From assembly GCA_951406725.2 (NCBI GenBank), contig OX597830.1, positions 48,546,001 to 48,610,000 of the forward strand: 64,000 nt of DNA, given 5' to 3'. Source of the DNA: Octopus vulgaris. Lineage: Eukaryota. The notes beneath the pieces are model-generated. The model did not search any database and had not been told where the DNA came from. It saw only the letters and a list, made by a program, of their open reading frames with translations. The first letter of the stretch is position 1; the number at the start of each line of letters is the position of its first letter. This document shows, piece after piece, positions 14,306 to 28,339 of this stretch. Position numbers and translations under genes: made by a program.

Positions 14306-15088
14306 GATATATATATTATAATATCGGGGTGAATGTGTACGTATGTTGTGTTCAGGTTTCCAATCTGATGACAGAGGATAAAATGCATGAGTGTCTTTAT
14401 GATCCGGAAACGAAAGATCAGTCCATGGAATAGCATCTCATGTCTTCTGCAATCCCTAAAAAGTCCAAGAGCCAGCGATCGGCACAGAAATACACAGTGA
14501 TTGTTATGGAAGAATGAGACGGACGTCATTGCCCTTCATTTTCTGGAACATGGCTGTACCGTGGAGAGCAAATGGTACGTTGAGACACTCAAAGAGCTTA
14601 GAAAAGGCATGAAAAGGAAAAAGGAATAATAATAATGAAACTGAACAAGAGTCTGAAAACGATTCACCATCTCCATGACAAAGCATATTCATGGACACAT
14701 CTTTGGAAACAAATGATGGGAAAACTGGGCTGGTTTGTAGGCCGTGACACTCCGTACAGCCAAGATTTAGTGCCTTTCGACATGCACTCTTTGGTGAAAG
14801 CAAGCACAACGACTTGACATGGACGACGTGAAAATCGTTGTGAAGAAGCGGTTACAGCAGTAGACACCAGACGTTTTGGAAAAAAGATTCAAGAGTTGGA
14901 TTCAAAGTTGGTGTCGAATAGCTGAACTGTACGTTTGTATAAAGGATGAGATATTTTGTTAGCATGTGCAATTAGAACGACCTATGCAATTTAATGAAAA
15001 AGTAATGCTCACTTTTGCATAGCTTTCGGGACAACACTCGAATGTATGTGAATAATGCATATATAGACGTACACACACACACGCACAC

Positions 15089-15169
<81 letters not shown>

Positions 15170-15771
15170 AATTCAACTTACCAATGAAAATAAACAAATA
15201 AAGTTGGTTTATCTCTGAAAACATCGTCCAAAAAAACTGAAAGCGTATAGCCTGTGTTGTTTCTGTATGAAAAGATAGTCGCTCATCAGCTATTCACTGA
15301 AAAGTGAAGGAAAATGGAATACAATGATTACTTAATGCACCTTATATAAACACTTTATGCACAATTTTATAGACAACACTCTCTCGTTTTCGCTCTCACT
15401 CTTTGCCTTACCTTCTTTTTCTCTCTCCTTTTTCTTTCGCCCCTCGCCTTTCCCTTCAACTAATCACATAAAAGCGTTACAGACGGGCTAAGTAACGGAG
15501 GAAAATGACTTAGTTAAAAAGTTACACATTGCACTCACCAGCATGTCTCCCTCCCCTCCTCATCCCCTGCACCTCCTCATTCCCTGTCCCTCTTCATCTC
15601 CTCCCCCTTCTCATCCTCATCCTCCATTTGTCTGCGGAATACTCAATCATATATACACGCTTTAATATAACGAGTAAGTTTTATTCCCTGAACGCACGAT
15701 TACTCCTTGTGGAAACTGATGGGAGATATAAATGGGATAAGTGATGTGTTTGTGTGTGCGTGTGTATGCGT

Positions 15772-15812
<41 letters not shown>

Positions 15813-16366
15813 CGCATTGGCAGCAATTTGTAGTATGTCTGACTGAAAAACGAATTCTATTAAGTATGTATGGCTAATTGCAGCCCAATATTCATTGACA
15901 AAAAGTCGGTATTACATACACACACACACACACAAACCACACACACACACACACAGTCGGTATTACACACATTCAGTATTACACCTGGTCGGTATTACAC
16001 ACACACACGTACACACAAATCGGTATTACATACATATCTGCTGTATTTACGCACAATAGAAACACAAACACACGTTTAAAAGGAGGGAAATTAGACATTC
16101 ATTGTTGTTGTTGTTGTTTTTTGATATTTTCGTTTGATTAGTCAGAGAGATTTTCTCTATTTTATGGAATTAGAAGTTTTGACATTCCTACGTTTCATAA
16201 TAAATAATAAATAATAAATAATGAATAATTGAATATTTAGTCTGAATCTATGGAATAAAATAGGTTTTAAATGAGAGATATGTTTAAACTTATATATTCA
16301 ACCTGTTGGATTCATTTCTCCGTCTCTCTCTTTCTCTCTTTCTCTCTCTCTTTCTCTCTTTCTCTC

Positions 16367-16408
<42 letters not shown>

Positions 16409-16419
16409 TATATATATCT

Positions 16420-16925
16420 TCTGTCTTTTATTTCTCATTAGACTGCGGTCATACTGGGGCATCGCCTCGAAGAATTTTTTTTTTTTTTTGTCGAGTGAAT
16501 CGAACACAGTACTTTTTTTCTTCTTTTAATCCTTGTACTTATTCTGTCGGTTCTATTTTGCCGAGCCACTATGTTACAGGGACGTAAACACACTAACACC
16601 GGTTGACAAGCGGTGGAAGTGATAAACACAGACACAAAGACACACAAACACACACACACACACATAGATATGTATATATACGACGATGTTCTTTCAGTTT
16701 CCATCTACCAGATCTTTGGTCGGCCCGAAGCTTTAGTAGTAGAGGACATTTGCGCAAGGTGTCACGCAGCGGGACTGAAGCCAGAACTCCTTACAACACA
16801 ACCCGGATGCGCCTATATGCATCAACAAAATCCACTCAGAAATCCACACACAAAGCTTTAGTCGTTCCAAGGTTGTAGCAGTGGCACTGAAACTCGAATC
16901 AAGCAGTTGGAAAGCAAACTTCTTA

Positions 16926-16983
<58 letters not shown>

Positions 16984-17470
16984 GAACACATACAAACACA
17001 CACGCTCACACACACACTCCCACGTGCGCATACACACACATATATATATACTCTTTTACTCTTTTACTTGTTTCAGTCATTTGACTGCGGCCATGCTGGA
17101 GCACCGCCTTTAGTCGAGCAAATCGACCCCGGGACTTATTCTTTGTAAGCCCAGTACTTATTCTATCGGTCTCTTTTGCCGAACCGCTAAGTGACGGGGA
17201 CGTAAACACACCAGCATCGGTTGTCAAGCAATGCTAGGGAGACAAACACAGACACACAAACACACACACACAAACACACACACATACATATATATATACA
17301 TATATACGACAGGCTTCTTTCAGTTTCCCTCTGCCAAATCCACTCACAAGGCACTGGTCGGCCCGAGGCTATAGTAGAAGACACTTGCCCAAGATGCCAC
17401 GCAGTGGGACTGAACCCAGAACCATGTGGTTGGTTAGCAAGCTACTTACCACACAGCCACTCCTGCGCCT
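16420..17470 (-). mobile_element. Tandem cluster of family B SINEs (16420-16815 degenerate, 16830-16930 partial, 17051-17470 young)
   Basis: Reverse complements of 6992-7427. Confidence 0.85.
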
Positions 17471-17583
17471 ATGCATGCATGCATGTATGTATGTATGTAT
17501 GTATGTATGTATGTGTGTGTGTGTGTGTATGTACGTACATACATACATGCATGCACATATACGCATTTAATAAAAATAATAAA

Positions 17584-17830
17584 TGCGCCCTTTTAAAGCC
17601 CAGCCAGGCTCATGGGCCCGGTTTTCCGGTTTCAATGGCGTATGTGTTCCCCAGCTGGACGGGACGCCAGTCCAATGCAGCATTATTCATATTTGCCAGC
17701 TGAGTGGACTGGAGCAGCGTGAAATGAAGTGTTTTGCTCAAGAACACAACGCGTGGCCCGGTCCAGGAATCGAAACCACAATCTTACGATCATGATGCTG
17801 ACACCCTAACCACTAAGCCACGCGCCTCCA
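17584..17830 (-). mobile_element. tRNA-derived SINE, family D
   Basis: Minus strand GGAGGCGCGTGGCTTAGTGGTTAGGG...GGTTTCGATTCC; ATACGCATTTA duplicated on both sides. Confidence 0.85.
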
Positions 17831-18008
17831 CACGTATACGCATTTACACATATATATATATATATATTAATACAAGCGCGTGCGCACAAACACATAATGT
17901 AGTGCATTGCAAGTGTTTCTTACATCGCAATGCAAACACAGATAGAAAAACTATCGCCCCTAGATTTTGCTACCACCACTGAATGGAATAGGTTACGTAT
18001 TACTATAT

Positions 18009-18239
18009 TTATTTCTTTATTACCCACAAGGGGCTAAACACAGAGGGGACAAACAAGGACAGACATAGATATTAAGTCGATTACATCGACCCCAGTGCGT
18101 AACTGGTACTTAATTTATCGACCACGAAAGAATGAAAGGCAAAGTCGACCTCGGCGGAATTTGAACTCACAACGTAGCGCAGACGAAATACCGCTAAGCA
18201 TTTCGCCCGGCGTGCTAACGTTTCTGCCAGCTCGCCGCC
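18009..18239 (-). mobile_element. Full-length SINE, family A
   Basis: Reverse complement of 14076-14305; TACGTATTACTATATT on both flanks. Confidence 0.9.
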
Positions 18240-19819
18240 TATAGTAATACGTATTACTATATTGACTCGAAGTTGACCTAGGTAGGATTTGACCTGTAAG
18301 TTGATCAAATAAAGCGGAATGTTATCTTCGATGCTTTAACGACTCATCTAATTCACCGCCATAAGGAGAAATTCTATTGTGTTATTCAATGAAACAGAAG
18401 AAGAACCCGACGTAGAGAAATCATTCGAAAGAGAGTTAAGGATATGAAACGAGAATCTGGAGAGCGCTTGACCAAGAATGCGTGTGACAAAGGTTAGAAA
18501 CGGAAGTGTAATTAACAGACAGCACTTCTCTCTTTAGACATAAAACACATCCCTGTTGTTGCACACACACGTGTGTGTGTGTATGTGTGTGTGTGCGTGC
18601 CTGTGTTAGTGTGCCTGTGTGTAATATTAATAAATGCAAGGCTTTCTCCACTGAACACTGACCAAATTACATTCACCATTGGTCCCTAACTTCACTAAAT
18701 CTAGCGTTACATCTTCAGAGATTCATCATTAACTTGAAAAACATGTCTTCCGCAATAATTCTTGACGAGCGTCTGTAGCCTATTTGTGACCAGTCGTATA
18801 TTTGATCTTGTCAACTCATGTCTATAACAGAATAATCTTTCCAAACGTAAAATGCTATCTGCCGAGAGTCTGCGCTCTTGCAATTAGCCGTTCATTATAT
18901 ATTTATTCCTGGAAATGATATGTGGCACCAAGCTGATATATATGTGAGGTGTAAGCCAAATATTTTACCAATCAAGAAAAGCCTGTAGTAAATTAAATCA
19001 GCAAGTGCTACCTACCGTTGTTGTCGTATGTTGTAACTTTCTTTATCGACCTTTAATCAAAGGCGAAATGTTTAATTCTAATAACCAATTAAATAAATTA
19101 ATTAAATTGACATTAACATTCTCAGCCCCCACCCCACCCCACCACCCCTCCCTCTCTGTTTCTCTTTAAATCAAATTAAGAACATACAACCCAAGGCCAT
19201 GATTGAAATAATATAGCAATTTAATATATTGTAATTAACTTATGTTGTAAATCTCCCTGTCTCAGTCTCTCTCTTTGGTTTTCTCTCCTCCTCTCTCGTT
19301 TTTTTTCTTTCTTCCTCTCCACCTCTCCCTCTCTCTCTCGCTCTCTCCCCGCACATCTATAGAAAAAAGTTTTTTGAAGATATATATCAGCATATACAAT
19401 TATGCACGAATAAATGCATTCATGTATATATATATATGTACATGCTAAAATACACACAAACAATCATAGACGTATATACACCTCACACATATATACACAT
19501 ACACATAATTTTGTGTATACATTTCATTATGGATTTAGATGAATATATGTACACACACACACATCCACACATACGCACACATACGCACACACACACACAT
19601 ATCGTACAGTATCTGCCACAATGAAACATAGGATGTAGACGTCAACTATGATAAATTAATATTTGAAAATACGCACTTTCATTTAAAACGATCTTCATTA
19701 CTTCTACATTTTCGCCTACGTTGCTGTTTTTCGATCTACAAGTGGTTGATACACATGCAAATTGTATATATAAATTGTATCTATACAGGTGACAGACAGA
19801 TACAAATAAATATATATCT

Positions 19820-20250
19820 TACATACATATGTATTATACATACATATGTATTATACATACATACATACATACATACATACAGACGTACATACATACATAC
19901 ATACATACATACATACATACATACAGACGTACATACATACAGACGTACATACATACATACATACATACATACATACCTACATACATACATACATACATAC
20001 GTACATACATAAATACGTACATACATACATACATACAGACGTACATACATACATACGTACATACATACATACATACATACATACATACATACAGACGTAC
20101 ATACATACATACAGACTACATACATACATACAGACTACATACATACATACATACATACATACATACATACATACTATAAATGTTATACATTCACATATGC
20201 AGCAGGTATAATATAGATGTAAGGCTATTACATATTTATATAATATGTTT

Positions 20251-20336
<86 letters not shown>

Positions 20337-20424
20337 TGTATGTATGAATGTATGTATATATATGTACTATATATATGCACATATATATGTATATATGTGT
20401 ATATGTGCGTGTATAGACACACAC

Positions 20425-20474
<50 letters not shown>

Positions 20475-20475
20475 T
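19820..20475. repeat. Compound microsatellite (ACAT)n / (TA)n / (GATA)n
   Basis: Direct. Confidence 0.95.
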
Positions 20476-20829
20476 ACAACTCACGTCTTTTCATTCACAT
20501 AAAGTTAAGCTAAAGAAAGGCGGGGGAAATTTCGAGAGAGAGAGAGAGAGAAGAGAGAAGGGCAGAGGGAGAGAGTGTGGAGGGAGGAAGGGTGGCTTTA
20601 AGGGTGGCTTTAAGTATGAGCATTTGACGCTCATACACACAAATCTGTATGATCCACGTCTGCATGCACACGCAGGTACGCGCACAATACGTACGCACCC
20701 GTTGGAGGTGGTGTGCGTTGAATGAAATAATGAAATATATACATAAACACATATATACATATATACATTTATACATACATATACACATGCAAATACTCGT
20801 TTACATATCCATATATATACATACATATG

Positions 20830-20890
<61 letters not shown>

Positions 20891-20923
20891 ATGTGTGTGT
20901 GTGCGTGTGCGGTTGAGTAAGTA

Positions 20924-20975
<52 letters not shown>

Positions 20976-21070
20976 CGGAGTAAGCACATAAATGTGAAAT
21001 AAGGTGGAAAAAAGAGTACTCAAATACCAGAGGTAGAGTAATATGCTTTCTTTAAAAGCACCAGAAATAA

Positions 21071-21123
21071 AACAAAAGTTGTTACTCGGAGTTTCACGTT
21101 CCCATTCGTCGGACAGTTTTGTT
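21071..21123 (-). ncRNA. Minimal type I hammerhead ribozyme motif
   Basis: AACAAAAcTGT-CCGACGA-ATG-ggaa-CGT-GAAA-CTC-c-GAG-TA-ACAacTTTTGTT: stems I, II and III pair; GUA site; U4C variant. Confidence 0.75.
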
Positions 21124-21148
21124 AATATATATATATATATATATATAT

Positions 21149-21197
<49 letters not shown>

Positions 21198-21343
21198 TGA
21201 GTAGTTGAATGAATTATCTTATTATGGATAATTCGGTTAACCGATACCTGGGAAGCAAATTCACGTCAGAAAAACACGGTTGAAGCTACATGCCTAGGGC
21301 AGAGATCACGTGCTATCATGTGGAAATTTGTGTGTTTTTTTGA

Positions 21344-21449
21344 ATACAAATAAATGAAAGAATGGAGTTGAACGACGAATTAACAAAATTCGAAAATAAA
21401 ATAAAGGAATTTTGTTAATTCGTCGTTCAACTCCATTCTTTCATTTATT

Positions 21450-21454
<5 letters not shown>
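21344..21454. repeat. Perfect hairpin (about 48-bp arms, 15-nt loop)
   Basis: ATACAAATAAATGAAAGAATGGAGTTGAACGACGAATTAACAAAATTC and its exact reverse complement. Confidence 0.95.
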
Positions 21455-21497
<43 letters not shown>

Positions 21498-21523
21498 CCA
21501 AACTGGGAAAAGCTGGTTTGTGG

Positions 21524-21583
21524 GATTACCTTAGGTTTCCCGTCCTTAAGGCTAAACACTTTATGGACTGGAAGCCTCAGATC
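21524..21583 (-). ncRNA. Degenerate hammerhead motif in a (TA)n-flanked cassette
   Basis: GAT-CTGAGGC-ttccaGTCC...GGACgg-GAAA-CCT-a-AGG-TA-ATC; A9C change. Confidence 0.5.
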
Positions 21584-21684
21584 ATCTCATACACCGGCCT
21601 TCCCCAATTTAAATATATACTATTCTACATCTTAGAGTGTGTTTCTTTTGGATTTACGTTTTTCGCAAACTTATCTTATATGCT

Positions 21685-21714
21685 TACATATATATGTATA
21701 TGTATATGTATATA

Positions 21715-21794
<80 letters not shown>

Positions 21795-21805
21795 CATATA
21801 TATAC

Positions 21806-21851
<46 letters not shown>

Positions 21852-22046
21852 GTATATATATATATACATTTATATGTATATATGTGAGTGTGTGTTTGTG
21901 TTTATATATATATATATATATATATATACTTTTACTAACATCAGCTCAAGAACTACAGCCATATATATATATATATATATATACATACATACATACATAC
22001 ATACATACATACATACATTCATACATAAACATACATAATTACATAC

Positions 22047-22104
<58 letters not shown>

Positions 22105-22409
22105 AAATATATAACAACACATGTACATCGAGTGACATGTTTTAATGCCTTAGAATTCTTTTTGATTTCGAACGTCAACTAAACTGGTGCAATATTTCAT
22201 GAACCCATGGCCGACACATTTACCAATGTAAAACTTCTGCTTCGCTATGGCAATACATAAATATTCTTCGACACATTTTTTATACAACGGTCCCTCTCGC
22301 CCCTCCTCTCTCTCTCCCTCTTTCTCTCTCCCACTCTCTCTCTCTCTTTCTTTCTCTCTCTGTTTCTGTACACACACACATATACATACATGTATACACA
22401 TAAACACAC

Positions 22410-22482
<73 letters not shown>

Positions 22483-22600
22483 CATACATACATACACATG
22501 TATGTATTCATATATATACACACATATATGTGTATATATATATATATAGACATACATATGTATATATGTATATATATATATATATATATATACATATGTA

Positions 22601-22648
<48 letters not shown>

Positions 22649-22679
22649 TATATTTACATATATATATATATATATATTT

Positions 22680-22713
<34 letters not shown>

Positions 22714-23008
22714 TCATATATATCTGCACACACACACACTCATATATGTTTGTATATGCGTGCATATATATGTGAGTGCATGAATACATGTGTATATATG
22801 TATAACGACGTATCCACAGTTATACAAATATGCATGTATTTACCTACATATATGTATATATTTATGTGTGTGTGTGTATGTACAAGGGTGTATGTGTTTG
22901 TAAGTCGGGATGCGTATACATCTATATCTCTATCTCTCTATCACTCTTTTACACGCACCCACACACTCTTTCTGTCCCCCCCCGTCTCTTTCTCTCTTTC
23001 TCTCTTTG

Positions 23009-23045
<37 letters not shown>
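21685..23045. repeat. Extended TA/TG/CT microsatellite field
   Basis: Direct. Confidence 0.9.
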
Positions 23046-23046
<1 letters not shown>

Positions 23047-23477
23047 TCCAAAGAGACAAAAATGTGCTCCTAACAATATCATCACTGCCGCCGGATGGTT
23101 TTGGTCTGTTACTAATATACTTTTGTTCTTGTTTTTTAACTCTGTATGTTTGCAAGAGAAACTATCTCGGGACGAATATCGCTGTTAATTAGGCTTGCAA
23201 TGAATTAACAACATTAATCATTAATAACACAGATTGTTATTGCACGGCATATTACTAAACTATACACACTTGCAAAATACACGTATAACAAGCAAAATAA
23301 ATACATTTCTGGCGATATATAAATCCAGCGACTTGGATTCCAACTATAATGTCTAGAATCTAGACCAATCGCATTTGCCCAGCGCACTACAAAAAGGCAC
23401 CATAACACAGCAACATCACTTCATTTTGAAGATGAAGCAATGAAAATCTAGAAGCGTGATGGTATACTTTCGAACTT

Positions 23478-23516
<39 letters not shown>

Positions 23517-23639
23517 TACACACGCACACATGTATGTATATATATATATATATGCATAGACACATATACATTGATATATGTATATGTATGTATATATGTA
23601 TGTATACATATGGATTGATAGATAAATAGATAGGTATTC

Positions 23640-23863
23640 TTTTCTTTTATTCTTTTACTTGTTTCAGTCATTCGACTGCGACTATGCTGGAGCACCTTGA
23701 AGGTGAACAAATTGATCCAAGGACTTATTTCCTAGTACTTATTCTATCGGTCACTTTTGCCGGATTGCTAAGTTACAGGAACATAAACACGCTGACACCA
23801 GTTGTCAAGCGGTGATGGGAAAAACACAGGTACAAACATACAGACACACACACACACATACAC

Positions 23864-23912
<49 letters not shown>

Positions 23913-24106
23913 AACACACTTACACACAAGCACTCACACACATATACATATATACGACGAGCTTCTTTCAGTTTCCGTCTACCAAATCCACTCACAAGGT
24001 TTTGGTCGGCTATAGTATAAAACACTTGCTCAAGGTGCCACACAGTAGGACTAAAACTGGAACAATGTGGTTGGAAAACACTTCTTACCACACAGCCACG
24101 CCTGCG

Positions 24107-24108
<2 letters not shown>
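23640..24108 (-). mobile_element. SINE, family B
   Basis: Reverse complement of 6992-7427. Confidence 0.85.
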
Positions 24109-24169
<61 letters not shown>

Positions 24170-24364
24170 CACTACAACCAGGCCTAATCACCAAATAATA
24201 CATATTTGTCCCGAATCGAACTTGTCAGACATCAGCATGCCTGCAACAAACGTGGAATATCCACGTTTCTATAAATCTCCGCTCTCGAAACCAAGCGACA
24301 CTGATGATATGTACATGTATATGTGTATCTATCTATCTATCTATCTATCTATGTATCTATCTAA

Positions 24365-24399
24365 CTTCTGTAGAAGAGCGTAGGCTCGAAACGTAAAAG
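24365..24399 (+). ncRNA. Minimal hammerhead-like motif in a short element (24365-24492)
   Basis: CTT-CTGTAGA-A-GAGC-gtag-GCTC-GAAA-CG-TA-AAAG; same family as 11248-11480. Confidence 0.55.
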
Positions 24400-24596
24400 A
24401 CTTTTTCTATTCCTGAGCGTTATACTAATACATCTGTTTGTATTGTACACAACCTGTTTTCGTCTTTTGTTTTTTTTTCGTAAACTCTCCCTATATATAT
24501 ATATATATATATACACACACAAAATATGGGTGTTTAGTTCACAGGTGATCTAAATGATTAGGTATGCTAGATAAGCGCTGTAACGGATTACTATTT

Positions 24597-24652
24597 GTTT
24601 CCGATGACGGAATATCCCAAACTATGGGATATCCCAGAAACAGCTGTAAGTC
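24597..24652 (+). ncRNA. Hammerhead ribozyme motif in a (TA)n-flanked cassette (24520-24732)
   Basis: GTTT-CCGATGA-c-GGAATATCCCA-aacta-TGGGATATCCC-a-GAAA-CAGCTG-TA-AGTC; palindromic stem III. Confidence 0.7.
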
Positions 24653-24729
24653 TTTGAATTTTTTCCAATGATTTAATGTATGTGACTTGAGATGTTTGCC
24701 TTACCTTAACGTTTGTTGTCTCCTTTTAC

Positions 24730-24766
<37 letters not shown>

Positions 24767-24772
24767 TATATT

Positions 24773-24929
<157 letters not shown>

Positions 24930-25085
24930 GTGTGTGTGTGTATGCATGTATGTATATGTAATATACACATACATATATATATGTGTATGTATTTGTAAAT
25001 ACATATATATATATATATATGCTTACATACGTGTATATATGTATATATATTTTGACTGGTGCTGGTTAGTGTCCTTATTCACCTA

Positions 25086-25166
25086 GGTTATTCACCTTAG
25101 TGGTGTCTATACTTGTGCCTTTTGAATGTAAATTGCGAATAAACCAGCTTAATAATTTATATATTC

Positions 25167-25199
<33 letters not shown>

Positions 25200-25219
25200 A
25201 CCCACATGTATGTATATAT

Positions 25220-25312
<93 letters not shown>

Positions 25313-25390
25313 TATATAAATTATTAAGCTGGTTTATTCGCAATTTACAATCAAAAGGCACAAGTATAGACACCACTAACGTGAATAACC
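25086..25390. repeat. Inverted repeat (about 85-bp arms) enclosing a TA/CA microsatellite
   Basis: Arms 25086-25170 and 25306-25390 are nearly identical; related to 6452-6508. Confidence 0.9.
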
Positions 25391-25825
25391 AAGTTTGTGC
25401 GCATACAAATGGCTTGTGAACAGAGAGAAAGAACCTAATGAACTGAGTGATTTATGATTTTTGAAGCTGAAACTTCTGATATAATTTAGATTTCATATTT
25501 CTGAGTGTTCAAGCAACTGAAGAAGAGAAGCCGTTTGATGCTGTGTAAGCAAAAGTATTCGCAAACACATTGAAATATGATTAGCTAACTGTTCATTGAT
25601 ATTTAATTGTTTGCTGAACGGATTCGTTACAAAATATGTCATACATTAATCCATTCATTGCCATACGCAAGGAAACGATGTTTGCGTGTTTTCAGATGCA
25701 TGTAAATACACCAAATGTAAGGAAACCAGCTTTTGTTGATAGCGTTTTAGTATTGATAAATAAATGTATGCTTTTTTGTATATACGTACATATATATATA
25801 TATATATCATGAACTAACTGTTACT

Positions 25826-25980
25826 TTCTCAGATGCAGTACGAAGTTTTGTCAGTGAACAGGTCGCGGTCTCAAAGCGACGAAAATATTTTGACAAATTA
25901 AATTTAAATGTTGAAGTGAATCTAACGGTTTTTGTGTGTTTCTTAAATGGCTTATAAACACCTTCCACGCTGCAATTGTC
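25826..25980 (+). mobile_element. Short interspersed repeat (second copy at 32108-32307)
   Basis: TTTTGTCAGTGAACAGG(T/C)CGCGGTCT..AAAGCGACGAAAATATTTTGACAAATT shared by both copies. Confidence 0.75.
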
Positions 25981-26499
25981 ATCTCTATATGATTTTATTT
26001 TTAATTATATGGGAACCTTTCAAAGAATACTATCTCTATTCTGTAGAAAATAAGTTATTTTAGTCATATGCTGGCTAGAAATTTGTTAATATATAACAGA
26101 GTAAGTGCCTGCGTTAATTCACTTATTCTACACTTTGGTATAAAATTGCAAGAGTCCATGGAACTATTACTGTAAAGAGGAGTGTCTCCCGTAATGGAAA
26201 AATCGATCTTTCGTCAATGCTATTACCATTTAAACTTCGGGTATATTTAGGTACTAAAATAATAAAGCGTCTGTGTGTGTATGTGCATTTTTGTTCGTGT
26301 GTGTATGTGCGTTTGTATATTTGTGTGCGCGTGCATGTGTGTGTGTGTGTGTAATCAGCTGCTTTATCGTTCTACTATCCAAATGTATCCGAAGTTTGAA
26401 TGGTGATTTTATTAACAGATCGATTTGAGTGAGAGAGAGTGACAGACATAGAACAGCGGAGAGGAAAAAGAATTAGAGAAAGGATAAGAGAGAAAATGT

Positions 26500-27103
26500 C
26501 TGTGACTCTCTCTCCTTTACCGTTCCTCGCTTACTCTCTCGTGGCTCCCACGTGACCATCGGCCATCTTTCTTTCTTTCCCTAACTTGTGTTTCTTTCCT
26601 TCTGATTCAGCTGGACGAATCAGACGCATTCTTGTCTGTCTCCTGTCCAACCTTGCTTCTCCGTGTTCGCCACCTCACCTCGCTGTGGCTTAGCAGCCCT
26701 TCCTGTTTGTTTTCACTGTCCTGTTTTAGTTACCAATTTTGACGCTCAGCAAAATCCCAAATTTTATTTAATTTGCTTTGCTGGAGCAACTGTTTTATCG
26801 AAAGCGTTTCTTGTCGTTGAATTGCTCGAAATACGGATTAGAAAAACAGCCGACAATTGATGAAGGGTCGTTCGTTATGTTGCTTGTCTTGTTTCCACTT
26901 GTTTCTTTCGTTGTTTACAAAAAAATCATATTCCATGTATTCGTATTTCGTATTTCATATTTTCGTATTTCATGTTGCTTACGTTCTGTGACATCCTAAG
27001 CTCATATATGCATATGTATATACGTATGTATATATAGGCATATATATATTATTTATATTATTATATGTTTGAACGCCACACATACATATCCAAGTAAGTT
27101 TTA

Positions 27104-27166
<63 letters not shown>

Positions 27167-27208
27167 AAATAATATATATATGCATATATACATACTTAGA
27201 CCTATACG

Positions 27209-27286
<78 letters not shown>

Positions 27287-27760
27287 CATAGGACGTCATA
27301 AAACGTGTACAACAAAATGTAGGAAGCACGAGGACATGGAACATGAACTATTCTCTCGAACAACAAAAGACACAAATGGAAAACAAACAAGCATAAAGAA
27401 TGACCCTTCATCATATTTCGAGCATTTAACAAGATACGCTTTCGATAAAACAGTTGCTGCCACAAAGCAAATTAAATAAAATTTGGAATTTTGCGGGGGA
27501 AGGGGGTGTCAAAATTGGTAGCACAAACAGGACGGTTGTGGTGGCGAACGCGTAAATCAAGCTAGGACAGGAAGCAAAAAGAAAACCTCTTCTTTGTTCC
27601 AGCGGAAAGAAAGAATGAAATATGGCCGATAGTCACGTGGGAGCCACGTGAGCAAGAGAGGAGGAGTGAGAGAGAGAGAGTGACAGATAATAGGATAGAA
27701 TAATGAGAGAAGATGAGGTAAAAGAATAAGAGAGAGAAAAAGAGAGAAAAACGAAAGAGT
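26500..27760. mobile_element. Two diverged copies of one element in inverted orientation around a microsatellite
   Basis: 26500-27000 (+) vs 27285-27760 (-), e.g. TTTAATTTGCTTTG..GCAACTGTTTTATCGAAAGCGT and its reverse complement. Confidence 0.75.
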
Positions 27761-27835
27761 AAAAATATCGTATAGAGTGCGCATCAGAATTATTAAGATA
27801 AAACTTACTTGGAAGAGGATGCGTGGCATTCAACC

Positions 27836-27885
<50 letters not shown>

Positions 27886-27930
27886 CATATACATGCATAT
27901 ACATGCATATATATGCATATATATATATGT

Positions 27931-28027
<97 letters not shown>

Positions 28028-28029
28028 AC

Positions 28030-28187
28030 ATGCCTCCTAATTACTGTCTACCAAATACATTCACAAGACATTGGTCAACCCGAGGCTATAGTAGAAGACA
28101 CTTTCCCAACGTGACACGCAGTGGGACTGAACCCGGAACTATGTGGTTCGGAAGTAAGCTTCTTACCCCACAGCTACGCCTGCGCGC
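28030..28187 (-). mobile_element. 5' part of SINE, family B
   Basis: Reverse complement of the head/CORE-like segment. Confidence 0.8.
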
Positions 28188-28339
28188 ATCGTGTTCATTT
28201 CTGACATAAATAACTGGAGATTCCTTGTAGCTTATTCTGTAGTGCGCGGTTCCTTTGGATTGCGCTGTTCCAGAGCACGTGTTATTCCAGCCTGTAATCA
28301 CTATTAAAACTTAAAATAATTGCGGTTTCTAACATCGGT

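Noticed and set aside
15538-15630. Minus-strand exon with a strong GTGAGT donor
   Set aside because: Stops in all three frames, weak acceptor, low-complexity purine tract
19746-23192. Many long ORFs ([12 protein letters not shown])
   Set aside because: Translations of microsatellites; the same applies to most ORFs in the track
26822-26870. Type II hammerhead (GAAATAC...TTGATGA)
   Set aside because: No UH site in register and no stem I
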